Source: an uncultured Gemmatimonadales bacterium (GTDB lineage Bacteria > Gemmatimonadota > Gemmatimonadetes > Gemmatimonadales > GWC2-71-9). Taken from it: DNA of 64,000 nucleotides. The stretch lies in NCBI GenBank assembly GCA_963825055.1, contig CAWGSK010000009.1, forward strand, positions 160,001-224,000, read 5' to 3'. Of this stretch, positions 56,109 through 64,000 are shown in pieces. Each line of letters opens with the position of its first letter. The stretch's first letter is position 1. The translations under genes were made by a program, and so were the position numbers. The notes below the pieces were generated by a model, which saw only the letters and a list, made by a program, of their open reading frames with translations, did no database searches and was not told the origin of the DNA.

Positions 56109-56624
56109 ATGCTCCGCCAGCGTGACACCATGGTGCAGCAGTGGGCCGACTGGCTCGATGGGCGGATCAGTGCCCGTAATGCCATCCCCCGCACACTCGT
56201 GGAGCGGGAACTCCGGCTGCTCATCAACGTCATGGCCCAGACCGTAGGCCCACTCCGCCGCGAGGCGTTGCCTGTCTGGCACCGCGCCTGCGAGCACTAC
56301 GGCCGGGTGGCCGCGGCCCGCGGACTGGCCGCCGGGGAAGTCGTCGAGGAGCTTCAATTTCTGCGGGAGCTCCTGATCCGCAACCTCTCGACCGTGCTCG
56401 CCTCGCTCCGCGCCCGGCAGGGCATGGCCACCATGCTCCGGCTGAACCGGGTCCTGGATGGTGGCATCGCCGTGGCCGTGGTCGGCTACACCGACGCCCT
56501 CGTCGCCACGCTCTTCGCCCAGAATGGCGTCCCCTCGGCGGATTTCGACCTCGACCCCGGCGAAGTGGGCCGGCAGCTCGAGGCTATTGAACAGGAACTC
56601 GCCCCGATGGTCGCGGCGCTCTAG
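56109..56624 (+). CDS. Hypothetical helical protein, RsbRD-N-like
   Basis: HYGR.AAARGLAAGEVVEELQFLR. Start uncertain. Confidence 0.65.
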   Translation: MLRQRDTMVQQWADWLDGRISARNAIPRTLVERELRLLINVMAQTVGPLRREALPVWHRACEHYGRVAAARGLAAGEVVEELQFLRELLIRNLSTVLASLRARQGMATMLRLNRVLDGGIAVAVVGYTDALVATLFAQNGVPSADFDLDPGEVGRQLEAIEQELAPMVAAL

Positions 56625-56638
56625 CGCCGACTCCGACC

Positions 56639-57796
56639 ATGGTCGACCTCCCCTCCGCCCTGGGCCTCCTCTGGCTCCTCCCGTTCATCCCGCTGGCACG
56701 GCTGATCCGCCGGGAGCCGAGCCTGGAGAAGGTCGCGCCCGCGCAGGGGCACCTCGTCAGCATCATCGTGCCCGCCCGGAACGAGGCCGCCGGCATCGCG
56801 GACGTGATCGAATCCATCCTGGCCAGCACCTACGAGCCCTTCGAGTTGATCGTCGTCGACGATCGCTCCACGGATGATACTGCCGCGCAGGTCGAGGCGC
56901 TTGCCGCGGGCGACGACCGGCTCCGTCTCGTACACGGGGCCGAACTCCCGAAGGGCTGGTATGGGAAGCCATGGGCGTGTTTCCAGGGATACCTGGAAGC
57001 CCGGGGCGAGGCGCTGCTCTTCACTGATGCCGACACCCGCCACGCGCCGGGTCTCCTGGGGCGCGCCGTCGGCGCCCTGCTGAAGGAACGGGCATCCCTG
57101 GTGACTGTGGCCCCCCGGCAGCGCTGCGTGTCCTTCTGGGAGCGTGTGGTGATGCCGCAGATCTGGGTACTCCTGGCCCTCCGGTATCCGCCGCGCCGGG
57201 TCAATCGCGCCACCCGGGCCCGTGACGTGATCGCCAACGGCCAGTTCATCCTCGTCCGCCGGGCCGCCTACGAGCGGGTGGGCACGCACGCGGCGGTCCG
57301 CGCGAGCGTGGCGGAGGACCTGGCCCTGGCCCAGCTTTTCCTGCGCCAGGGGCTCCGCATTCACTTTGCCTTTGCGCAGACCCTGATGGAGACGCGGATG
57401 TATCGGGGGCTGCGACACCTGATCGAGGGATGGTCGAAGAACGTGTACCTCGGCGGGCGCGCTTCGTTCCCAGACGAGCCCGGCGCACGGGCCCTGGTGC
57501 CGCTCATTCTCTCCGTGGCAGGCCTCTTCTGGCTGCTTCCTCTGGCAGGGCTCGCGATCGGGAGCCTCGCGCACGCCGGGGGACTGCTCGTCCCCTCGGC
57601 GATCGCCACCCTGGCCGCCGCCGTGTTCTGGTTCCTGTTTACCTTCGGCATGGGCATCCCCGCGCGATACGGCCTGCTCTACCCGCTGGGCGCCTCCATC
57701 ATGCTCTACATTGTCCTCCGGTCCACCTGGCGCGGCCGGCACCACGTGGAATGGAAGGGACGGGTGTACGACGTCGAGAGTACCGCCCAGGCCTGA
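56639..57796 (+). CDS. GT2 membrane glycosyltransferase (CrtQ/HpnB-like)
   Basis: IIVPARNE, VDDRSTD, W.GKPWAC, FTDAD, ANGQF, EDLAL, RMY, WKGR. Confidence 0.9.
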   Translation: MVDLPSALGLLWLLPFIPLARLIRREPSLEKVAPAQGHLVSIIVPARNEAAGIADVIESILASTYEPFELIVVDDRSTDDTAAQVEALAAGDDRLRLVHGAELPKGWYGKPWACFQGYLEARGEALLFTDADTRHAPGLLGRAVGALLKERASLVTVAPRQRCVSFWERVVMPQIWVLLALRYPPRRVNRATRARDVIANGQFILVRRAAYERVGTHAAVRASVAEDLALAQLFLRQGLRIHFAFAQTLMETRMYRGLRHLIEGWSKNVYLGGRASFPDEPGARALVPLILSVAGLFWLLPLAGLAIGSLAHAGGLLVPSAIATLAAAVFWFLFTFGMGIPARYGLLYPLGASIMLYIVLRSTWRGRHHVEWKGRVYDVESTAQA

Positions 57797-57819
57797 CCCA
57801 TACCCCCGCAGGAGATGCC

Positions 57820-58071
57820 ATGAAGATCACGCTGACCCCGGAGATGCTGGATGCGCTCGAGCGAGCGACGGACCGCCCCGACTGGCTGACGGAACGGATC
57901 GGGCAGATACGGGCGGGCGGGGAGCCCTATGTGCTGCCGCTGGCCACCGAGGAGAGTACGGCGGTGGAGGAACTGTGCGCGATGAACATCCGCTTCGACG
58001 ATAGCGGCAATGTCCGCGCCGAGCACCAGCCGCTGGAAGACCTCTCCCTGCGCATCATGGAGGAGTACTGA
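57820..58071 (+). CDS. Small acidic hypothetical protein
   Basis: AGGAG RBS; 83-aa ORF filling the gap between genes. Confidence 0.7.
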   Translation: MKITLTPEMLDALERATDRPDWLTERIGQIRAGGEPYVLPLATEESTAVEELCAMNIRFDDSGNVRAEHQPLEDLSLRIMEEY

Positions 58072-58072
58072 G

Positions 58073-60175
58073 TCAGGCGGGCGGCGCGGCGTCGAGCACG
58101 TCGCGCACCTTCCGCGCGAGGTCGTCGAACGTCCACGGCTTGGGCAGGAAGGGAATGTCCTCCGCCACGGAAACGCCGGCCCACGCCGCGTCCGAAACCG
58201 AATAGCCGCTCGTCAGCAGGATTCTTCCCCGCCAGCCCCCGTCACGCAGCAGCTCCAGGAACTTCCCGCCCGACAGCTTCGGCAGCACGACGTCCGCCAG
58301 GACGAGGTTGACACGGGTGCCCTCGGACTTCATGATGGCCACGGCTTCCTCTCCGTCGCGCGCCAGCAGGACGTCATACCCCAGACGCCGCAGAATCCGG
58401 TCGGCCGCGCGGCGCAGCGCGGGTTCGTCCTCCACCAGCAGGATGGTCTCATGGCCGCCGCTGCTCCGGCTCTCCGGTCCGGGAGGCGGCGTGGCCACCT
58501 GGCTCTCGGACGACGTCGCGAGCGGCATGTACACGGTTACGGTGGTCCCACGCCCTATCTCGCTCTCCAGTTCCACGAAACCACCCTGCTGGCGGGAGAG
58601 ACCGTACACCATCGCCATGCCGAGACCGGTGCCCTCCCCTGCGCTCTTGGTCGTATAGAACGGCTCGAACACCCGGGCCTGGGCATCTGCCGCCATTCCG
58701 ACACCCGAGTCCTGCACGAGGAGGGCGACATGCTCCCCCGGGATACGCCAGGTGTGGGCCGGGTCGGGCGCGATGTGACGGCGTTCCAGGGTCACCCCCA
58801 GCGTCCCCCCAACCGGCATGGCGTCGCGCGCGTTGGTGCAGAGATTGATGACGATCTGCTCGAACGCGACGGGGTCGGTCATGACCACTGCCCCGCCGCT
58901 CCGGTCGGTCACGCGCAACTCCAGGTGCTCCGGCAGCAGCCGCCTGAGGGTGGGTTCCAGGTCGGCCAGCAGGGCCCCGGGGTGGTGCGGCGCGGGGGAG
59001 AGGCGGGCATGACGGCTGAAGCCCAGGAGCTTCCGGATCATCGACGCGCCGCGGCGGGCGGCCCCCTGCAATTCGCTGAGGTCCTCGCGGGATCCTGCCT
59101 GGTTGGGCTCGAGCGCGGAGGCAATCAGGTCGGCGTTGGCCTGGATGATAGTGAGGATGTTGTTCAGGTCGTGCGCGATGCCGCCGGTGAGCTGGCCCAC
59201 GGCCTCCATCTTCTGGGACTGCCTGAGCTGGTTCTCCATCCGCCGCCGCTCGCTCACGTCGCGGATGATGGCCTGCATGGACCCGTCCCCCAGCAGTGAG
59301 GCATGGACCTCGACGTACAGGGGGGTCCCATCCCGCCGGTGAATCTCCCGTTCGATCAGCAGGCGACCCTGCTCCCGCAGCACATGGTAGGTGACCGGGT
59401 GCTCCCCGGGCTTGCCCTCGGGGAGCAGGTCCAGGAGCGCCATGCCGGAAAGTTCTTCGGCGGAATAGCCGAACATCTCGACCGTCCGCCGGTTTGCCTC
59501 CTGGATCCGTCCATCCCGGTCGGCCAGGATGATCGTGTCCGACACTTCTTCCATGAGCTGCCGGTACCGTCGCTTGGAGTTCTCGAGGCCCCGCTCGGCT
59601 TCCCGGCGGTTCGTGATGTCGTGGATCAGTGAGACAGTGTGGTTCCTGCCGCCGAGGTCCAGGGGGGTGGAGTGCACCTCGACGTCCCGCTCTTCACCGG
59701 CGGCCGTGGTGTGGCGGAGGTGGATGTGCTGGCGGCGTTCCCGGAGGGCGAGCTCCTGTTCGGCCCGGAGCGACGCCTCGTCCATGGCAACGATCTCGCG
59801 CAGCGGCCGGCCGACCAGCTGCCCCCGGTTCCAGCCGTAGAAGCGTTCGGCGGCGGGATTGGCATCCACGATGGCCTGGCTGGCATGGTCCACCACCAGG
59901 ATCGCCACGGACGTGCGCTCGAAGAGCTGCCGGTAGCGCGCCTCGGCGGAGGAGATCTCGTGCTCCTTCGCCGCAGCTTCCGTGCGGCCCATCCGGGCCA
60001 TCCAGAGGAGGAGCAGCGCGGACACCACCACGAACGCCACGCCCTTGATGGTCTGGAGCCGGGTCATGGACTCGGTGGTGAGCCCCGGGACCAGCCGGAC
60101 CAGAATGCGGTCGCTGAAGAAGATGTAGACCGAGCCCGCCAGGAAGTAGAGCAATGCTACGCTTCCGGGGCTCAT
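58073..60175 (-). CDS. Membrane PAS-PAS hybrid histidine kinase
   Basis: Two TMs (LQTIKG), two PAS domains, GIAHDLNN, NARDAM, FYTTK, GTGLG, C-terminal REC. Confidence 0.93.
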   Translation of the reverse strand: MSPGSVALLYFLAGSVYIFFSDRILVRLVPGLTTESMTRLQTIKGVAFVVVSALLLLWMARMGRTEAAAKEHEISSAEARYRQLFERTSVAILVVDHASQAIVDANPAAERFYGWNRGQLVGRPLREIVAMDEASLRAEQELALRERRQHIHLRHTTAAGEERDVEVHSTPLDLGGRNHTVSLIHDITNRREAERGLENSKRRYRQLMEEVSDTIILADRDGRIQEANRRTVEMFGYSAEELSGMALLDLLPEGKPGEHPVTYHVLREQGRLLIEREIHRRDGTPLYVEVHASLLGDGSMQAIIRDVSERRRMENQLRQSQKMEAVGQLTGGIAHDLNNILTIIQANADLIASALEPNQAGSREDLSELQGAARRGASMIRKLLGFSRHARLSPAPHHPGALLADLEPTLRRLLPEHLELRVTDRSGGAVVMTDPVAFEQIVINLCTNARDAMPVGGTLGVTLERRHIAPDPAHTWRIPGEHVALLVQDSGVGMAADAQARVFEPFYTTKSAGEGTGLGMAMVYGLSRQQGGFVELESEIGRGTTVTVYMPLATSSESQVATPPPGPESRSSGGHETILLVEDEPALRRAADRILRRLGYDVLLARDGEEAVAIMKSEGTRVNLVLADVVLPKLSGGKFLELLRDGGWRGRILLTSGYSVSDAAWAGVSVAEDIPFLPKPWTFDDLARKVRDVLDAAPPA

Positions 60176-60317
60176 CAAGTGCTGACTGCGTCGGGGCACG
60201 GATACTCCGCCAAAGGGGGCAGGGCCGTGGGCGGCCCGGTAACAGTCTGCTGCTTTTTGGTCCCACGTCAACAGGCAGCCGGCCACATCCTCGTCGGGAA
60301 TCCTTCCCGGGGCGGCG

Positions 60318-63269
60318 ATGGTGGCAGGCTTGGTGGACCTTCTTCAGTCGATTCACACCCTGACCGACCTCCCGGCGCTGGCCGATCGCCTGGGCGGCCA
60401 GCCATGGTTCGAGGAGGTCCCCGGACCTCCTCTTCCGGGAGCAATCCGGGTGGGACGGTCGGGAGAATTTTCCTGGTATGGGATCGAAGCTTCCGGGGAG
60501 GCAGCAACCAGGAGAGCCGCCAGATCGATCGCGCGGGCAGGCGAGTCCGCCGGAGTCCTGGCCCTGGACACCGCCGGGCGCCGGCTGACCATTGCCGTGG
60601 CTGACACGGTCCCGGCTTCGCGCACGGTCGACCTGCGCCAGCCGGCGGCGGTGGACCTTTCCTGCCTTCGCCGGATGGCAGCGGGGGGCGAGTCGGGGTC
60701 CGCCCTGGCCCGGGCTGCGCAGCTGGCGGCCATGCTTCGCCTTGAGGATGCGGGCCAGCGGTTCTTCCGCGCGTTTCACCAGTTACTGGGCCGTTTTGCC
60801 CGCGCCATTCCTCATCGAGACCCTTCCCTCCGCGCCCCGTTGGCGCTCCTGCAACTCACCAGGGTCCTCTTCCTCTACTTCGTGCAGAGCAAGGGATGGC
60901 TGGACGGCCGGCCCGCCTTCCTGCGGGAAGAGCTGGATCGGTGCCTGCGGCGCCGTCGCCATGTTCACCGCCAGTTCCTGAAGCCACTCTTCTTCGGCAC
61001 CCTCAACCGCCCTGCAGCCGGGCGTGGCCCCGTGGCGGCAGGGCTGGGGCGCGTCCCGTTTCTCAACGGGGGCCTGTTCGAGCCGCACCCACTGGAGCGG
61101 TCATGGCGGGGCGTTGTCCCGAACCACCTCTGGCAGGAGGCCTTCGACGACGTTTTTGAGCGTTTTGCCTTCACGGTACACGAGCCGGACGTGGAGATGA
61201 TCGCTCCCGACATGCTTGGGCGCGTCTTCGAGGGAGTAATGGCCCCGGATCACCGGCATGCTACGGGCGCGTACTACACGCCGGCGGCCCTGGTGACCCA
61301 GGTCGTCAACCAGGCCCTGGCGGCATGGCTTGCACGGCGGACTGGTATGACGGCAATCGACGCAATGGACGCCCTTCGACGGCCGTCTCCTGAGATTCGC
61401 CTGCTGTTGCGCCAGCCGACCATCCTCGATCCGGCCGTCGGGAGCGGAGCGTTCCTGGTGGGAATGCTCGAGCGCCTCACCGACCTGGACGCTCCGTCCC
61501 GCTCGCGTCGCCATGTGGCAAGACGACGGATCCTGACGCGGCTCTTCGGCGTAGACCGGGACGCGATGGCGGTACGCCTGACCGAGCTGCGGCTGTGGCT
61601 GGCGGTCGTGGCCGACGATCCCACTCCCGTCGACGGGCACGTCCGGCCACTCCCCAATCTCGACTGCATGGTGAGACAGGGAGACTCATTGATGGACCCC
61701 CTGTCGTGGAGCCTGAGAATGGACCGCAGCGGGGGGCCAGTACCGGCCTTGCGGGAACACCGCAGGAACTTCCTGAGCGCCACGGGCGCAGGCAAGAAGG
61801 AAGCGGCACGTGCGCTCCGCGTGGCCGAGCATGCCGCGGCCTCCGCGCTGGCCGCTCGTGCGGAAGCGCGGGCACTGGAGCGGATACGGCAGCTTGTGGC
61901 GGATGCGCGTGGAATCGATCTCTTTGGCCACGCGACGAGGATGGATCGCCAGGGGCGGCGGCGGTTCCTGGTCGCACGCCGGACATGGCATCACGCCCGG
62001 GGCATTCGCCGACGCCTTTCCATCGAACGGGAGGTCCCGTGGTTTCAGTATGAGGTTGCCTTCGCCGACGTTCTCGCCGGAGGCGGCTTTGACCTGGTAG
62101 TGGGCAATCCTCCCTGGGTAAGAGCGGAGCGACTTTCGCCTGCGCTCCGGGCCCACCTCACCGGACGCTATCGCTGGTGGCGGACGGGGCGCGCAACCGG
62201 GTCAACGCACCAGCCCGACCTTGCCATCGCCTTCCTCGAACGTGCGGTGGAACTGGTGTCGCAGGACGGCGTGGTTGCCCTGCTCCTGCCGTCCAAAACT
62301 GCGACGTCCGGCTACGCGGAGTGTGCCCGGCTGGGCATGAGCCGGCAACTTACGCTCCACACCGTCGCGCCAATGGCAGCGGAAACGGGTGCATTCCCAT
62401 CTGGCGCATACCCGATGCTCATCGTGGCGATCCGGTCCGCACCCGCAGGGGGCAACGTCATCACGAGCCTCGGCACGCCACCCCGCGCGCTTCCGCAGGA
62501 GCACTTTGCGGGTGGAGGACCATGGGTCATCACCACAGCTGATATTGCCGATGCGGTTCGGTCCATCAGCGGATTCCCGACTCTTGGCAGTGAGCTGGAT
62601 GTGCACCTCGGCGTGAAGACGGGCGCGAACGCGATCTTCCTGCACCGGGAGCCCCCCGTCGAGGAGGAACTCTTCCGGAAAACTGTCCGCGGACGGGACC
62701 TGGCCCGCGCCAGCATCCCCGGCGGGATGAGAATCATCTGGACGCATGACTCGACGGGCGACGTCCTGAAGGACCTGCCTCCTCGTGCCGAGCAGTACTT
62801 CTCCCGGCATCGCAACGCGCTGGTTTCGCGGCGTGACTATCAGGGGGGCCCACCATGGACGCTCTTCCGGACCGCCGGACTCCGCCTTCCCTTCCGGGTC
62901 GCGTGGCCGGACCTCTCGCGGGAACTGGTGGCGTTTCTCCTGCCGGATCGAGTGATCCCGCTGAACACCTGCTACTACATCCCCTTCGCGAATCAGGCCC
63001 GTGCCTGTGCGCTCCGGGCATGGCTGGGCTCGACGTGGATCCGTGCGCTGGCGCGGCTTCATGCCGACGCGGCCCGGGGCGGATACAGGCGGTATAACGC
63101 GCGCTGCCTCAGGATGCTGCCGCTGGTGATGGACGGGCCAACCGGGGCGGCGCTGGCGGCGGCAGACCAGAGAACGGCCGACGGCATCGTAGCAGAATCG
63201 CTCGAGCTCACGCACGGCCAGAAGGCCGCTCTGCAACGTGTCCTGGCCGGCGCCGCGCGTTCTCGCTGA
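60318..63269 (+). CDS. Large N6-adenine DNA methyltransferase (Eco57I/TaqI-like) with C-terminal TRD-like region
   Basis: RVLFLYFVQSKGWL, PFLNGGLF, LGRVFE, GAYYTP, LDPAVGSGAF, FDLVVGNPPW, LNTCY. Confidence 0.87.
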   Translation: MVAGLVDLLQSIHTLTDLPALADRLGGQPWFEEVPGPPLPGAIRVGRSGEFSWYGIEASGEAATRRAARSIARAGESAGVLALDTAGRRLTIAVADTVPASRTVDLRQPAAVDLSCLRRMAAGGESGSALARAAQLAAMLRLEDAGQRFFRAFHQLLGRFARAIPHRDPSLRAPLALLQLTRVLFLYFVQSKGWLDGRPAFLREELDRCLRRRRHVHRQFLKPLFFGTLNRPAAGRGPVAAGLGRVPFLNGGLFEPHPLERSWRGVVPNHLWQEAFDDVFERFAFTVHEPDVEMIAPDMLGRVFEGVMAPDHRHATGAYYTPAALVTQVVNQALAAWLARRTGMTAIDAMDALRRPSPEIRLLLRQPTILDPAVGSGAFLVGMLERLTDLDAPSRSRRHVARRRILTRLFGVDRDAMAVRLTELRLWLAVVADDPTPVDGHVRPLPNLDCMVRQGDSLMDPLSWSLRMDRSGGPVPALREHRRNFLSATGAGKKEAARALRVAEHAAASALAARAEARALERIRQLVADARGIDLFGHATRMDRQGRRRFLVARRTWHHARGIRRRLSIEREVPWFQYEVAFADVLAGGGFDLVVGNPPWVRAERLSPALRAHLTGRYRWWRTGRATGSTHQPDLAIAFLERAVELVSQDGVVALLLPSKTATSGYAECARLGMSRQLTLHTVAPMAAETGAFPSGAYPMLIVAIRSAPAGGNVITSLGTPPRALPQEHFAGGGPWVITTADIADAVRSISGFPTLGSELDVHLGVKTGANAIFLHREPPVEEELFRKTVRGRDLARASIPGGMRIIWTHDSTGDVLKDLPPRAEQYFSRHRNALVSRRDYQGGPPWTLFRTAGLRLPFRVAWPDLSRELVAFLLPDRVIPLNTCYYIPFANQARACALRAWLGSTWIRALARLHADAARGGYRRYNARCLRMLPLVMDGPTGAALAAADQRTADGIVAESLELTHGQKAALQRVLAGAARSR

Positions 63270-63282
63270 GGACCTGGCCCTT

Positions 63283-64000
63283 GTGCGTGACCCGCTTCGC
63301 ACCTGGTTCGGCCCCCTGCCCGCCGTGCGAGTGGAGCAGGCACTGGCCGCCATCGGGGCGGCGCTTGTCCGGCCTGAAGCACCCGACCCTGTCCCCTGCT
63401 GGCTGCGTCCCGGGCAGGCTCGCTCCTACCGCCAGCTGCTGCCGATCCTGAGAAAGCACCACGGCGCCATGCTCGCCGATCCTCTCGGGTCCGGGAAGAC
63501 CTGGATAGCCCTGGCGGCAGCCGCGCGCTGGCACCACCCGGCACAGGTATTTGCTCCGGCAGGCCTGATCGAACAGTGGCACGTCGCCGCACGACAGGCC
63601 GGGACGGGGATCATCGCGTGGAGCCATGAGCGGGTCAGCCGGGGGAACATGCCGCGGGACACGGGCGGCCTCGTCATCGTTGACGAGTCGCATCACTACC
63701 GAACCCCTTCCACCCACCGCTACCGGAACCTTGCGCGCTGGCTCAGGCGCCGACGGGTCCTCATGCTGAGCGCGACCCCGGTCATCAACCGGTTGCCGGA
63801 CCTCGCGCAGCAACTGCTTCTCGGTATCAGGGATGACGCCCTGCTTCCCCATGGATGCGCCTCCATCGCGCGGGCCCTGGCGGCTGGCGAAGTCCCCGTC
63901 AGTCTGGGAGAACTCGTCGTCTGCAATCGCGTGTCCGCGACAGGCCGTCCCGTGCGTCATGCGACGGGGCATGAGATCCCCCTGACCCGGGGCGAGGGTG
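63283..64000 (+). CDS. SF2 (SNF2/DEAD-like) helicase, 5' part; runs off the right edge
   Basis: Hand translation, frame 1: WLRPGQ..AMLADPLGSGKTWIA..APAGLIEQW..VIVDESHHYR..LMLSATPVIN. Start is GTG 63238 or 63283. Confidence 0.88.
   Translation, partial: MRDPLRTWFGPLPAVRVEQALAAIGAALVRPEAPDPVPCWLRPGQARSYRQLLPILRKHHGAMLADPLGSGKTWIALAAAARWHHPAQVFAPAGLIEQWHVAARQAGTGIIAWSHERVSRGNMPRDTGGLVIVDESHHYRTPSTHRYRNLARWLRRRRVLMLSATPVINRLPDLAQQLLLGIRDDALLPHGCASIARALAAGEVPVSLGELVVCNRVSATGRPVRHATGHEIPLTRGEG

Noticed and set aside
1..64000. Prophage, IS element or integron
   Set aside because: No integrase, transposase, phage structural gene or attC-like site was recognised.

Overview
This is a high-GC bacterial chromosomal window, most likely Gemmatimonadota (inferred from the Ser/Thr kinase type and overall gene content, not proven). 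It holds about 60 densely packed genes. Housekeeping and envelope genes include a UvrD-like helicase, actP, rnz, mlaEFD, mutY, nadE, crcB, mntR-mntH and an LD-carboxypeptidase. There are also many secreted or lipoproteins, a KaiC-like ATPase/hybrid kinase module next to a class II photolyase, a ceruloplasmin-like two-domain copper oxidase, and an N6-methyltransferase/SF2-helicase pair running off the right edge. I recognised no tRNA, rRNA, CRISPR array, transposase or integrase. Most notable: (1) a MacB/LolE-type ABC system in which one permease appears split into two complementary polypeptides, with the N-half fused to an AttH/lipocalin-like domain; (2) about 15 intergenic 7/8-mer tandem arrays with a consistent G-rich-arm then C-rich-arm polarity, often starting at stop codons; (3) the MTase-helicase pair with no evident nuclease; (4) a DUF2946/CruR-like leader upstream of a His/Met-rich outer-membrane protein. 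Several single-base indels suggest residual assembly errors. All family calls come from motif recognition by eye; no database searches were run.
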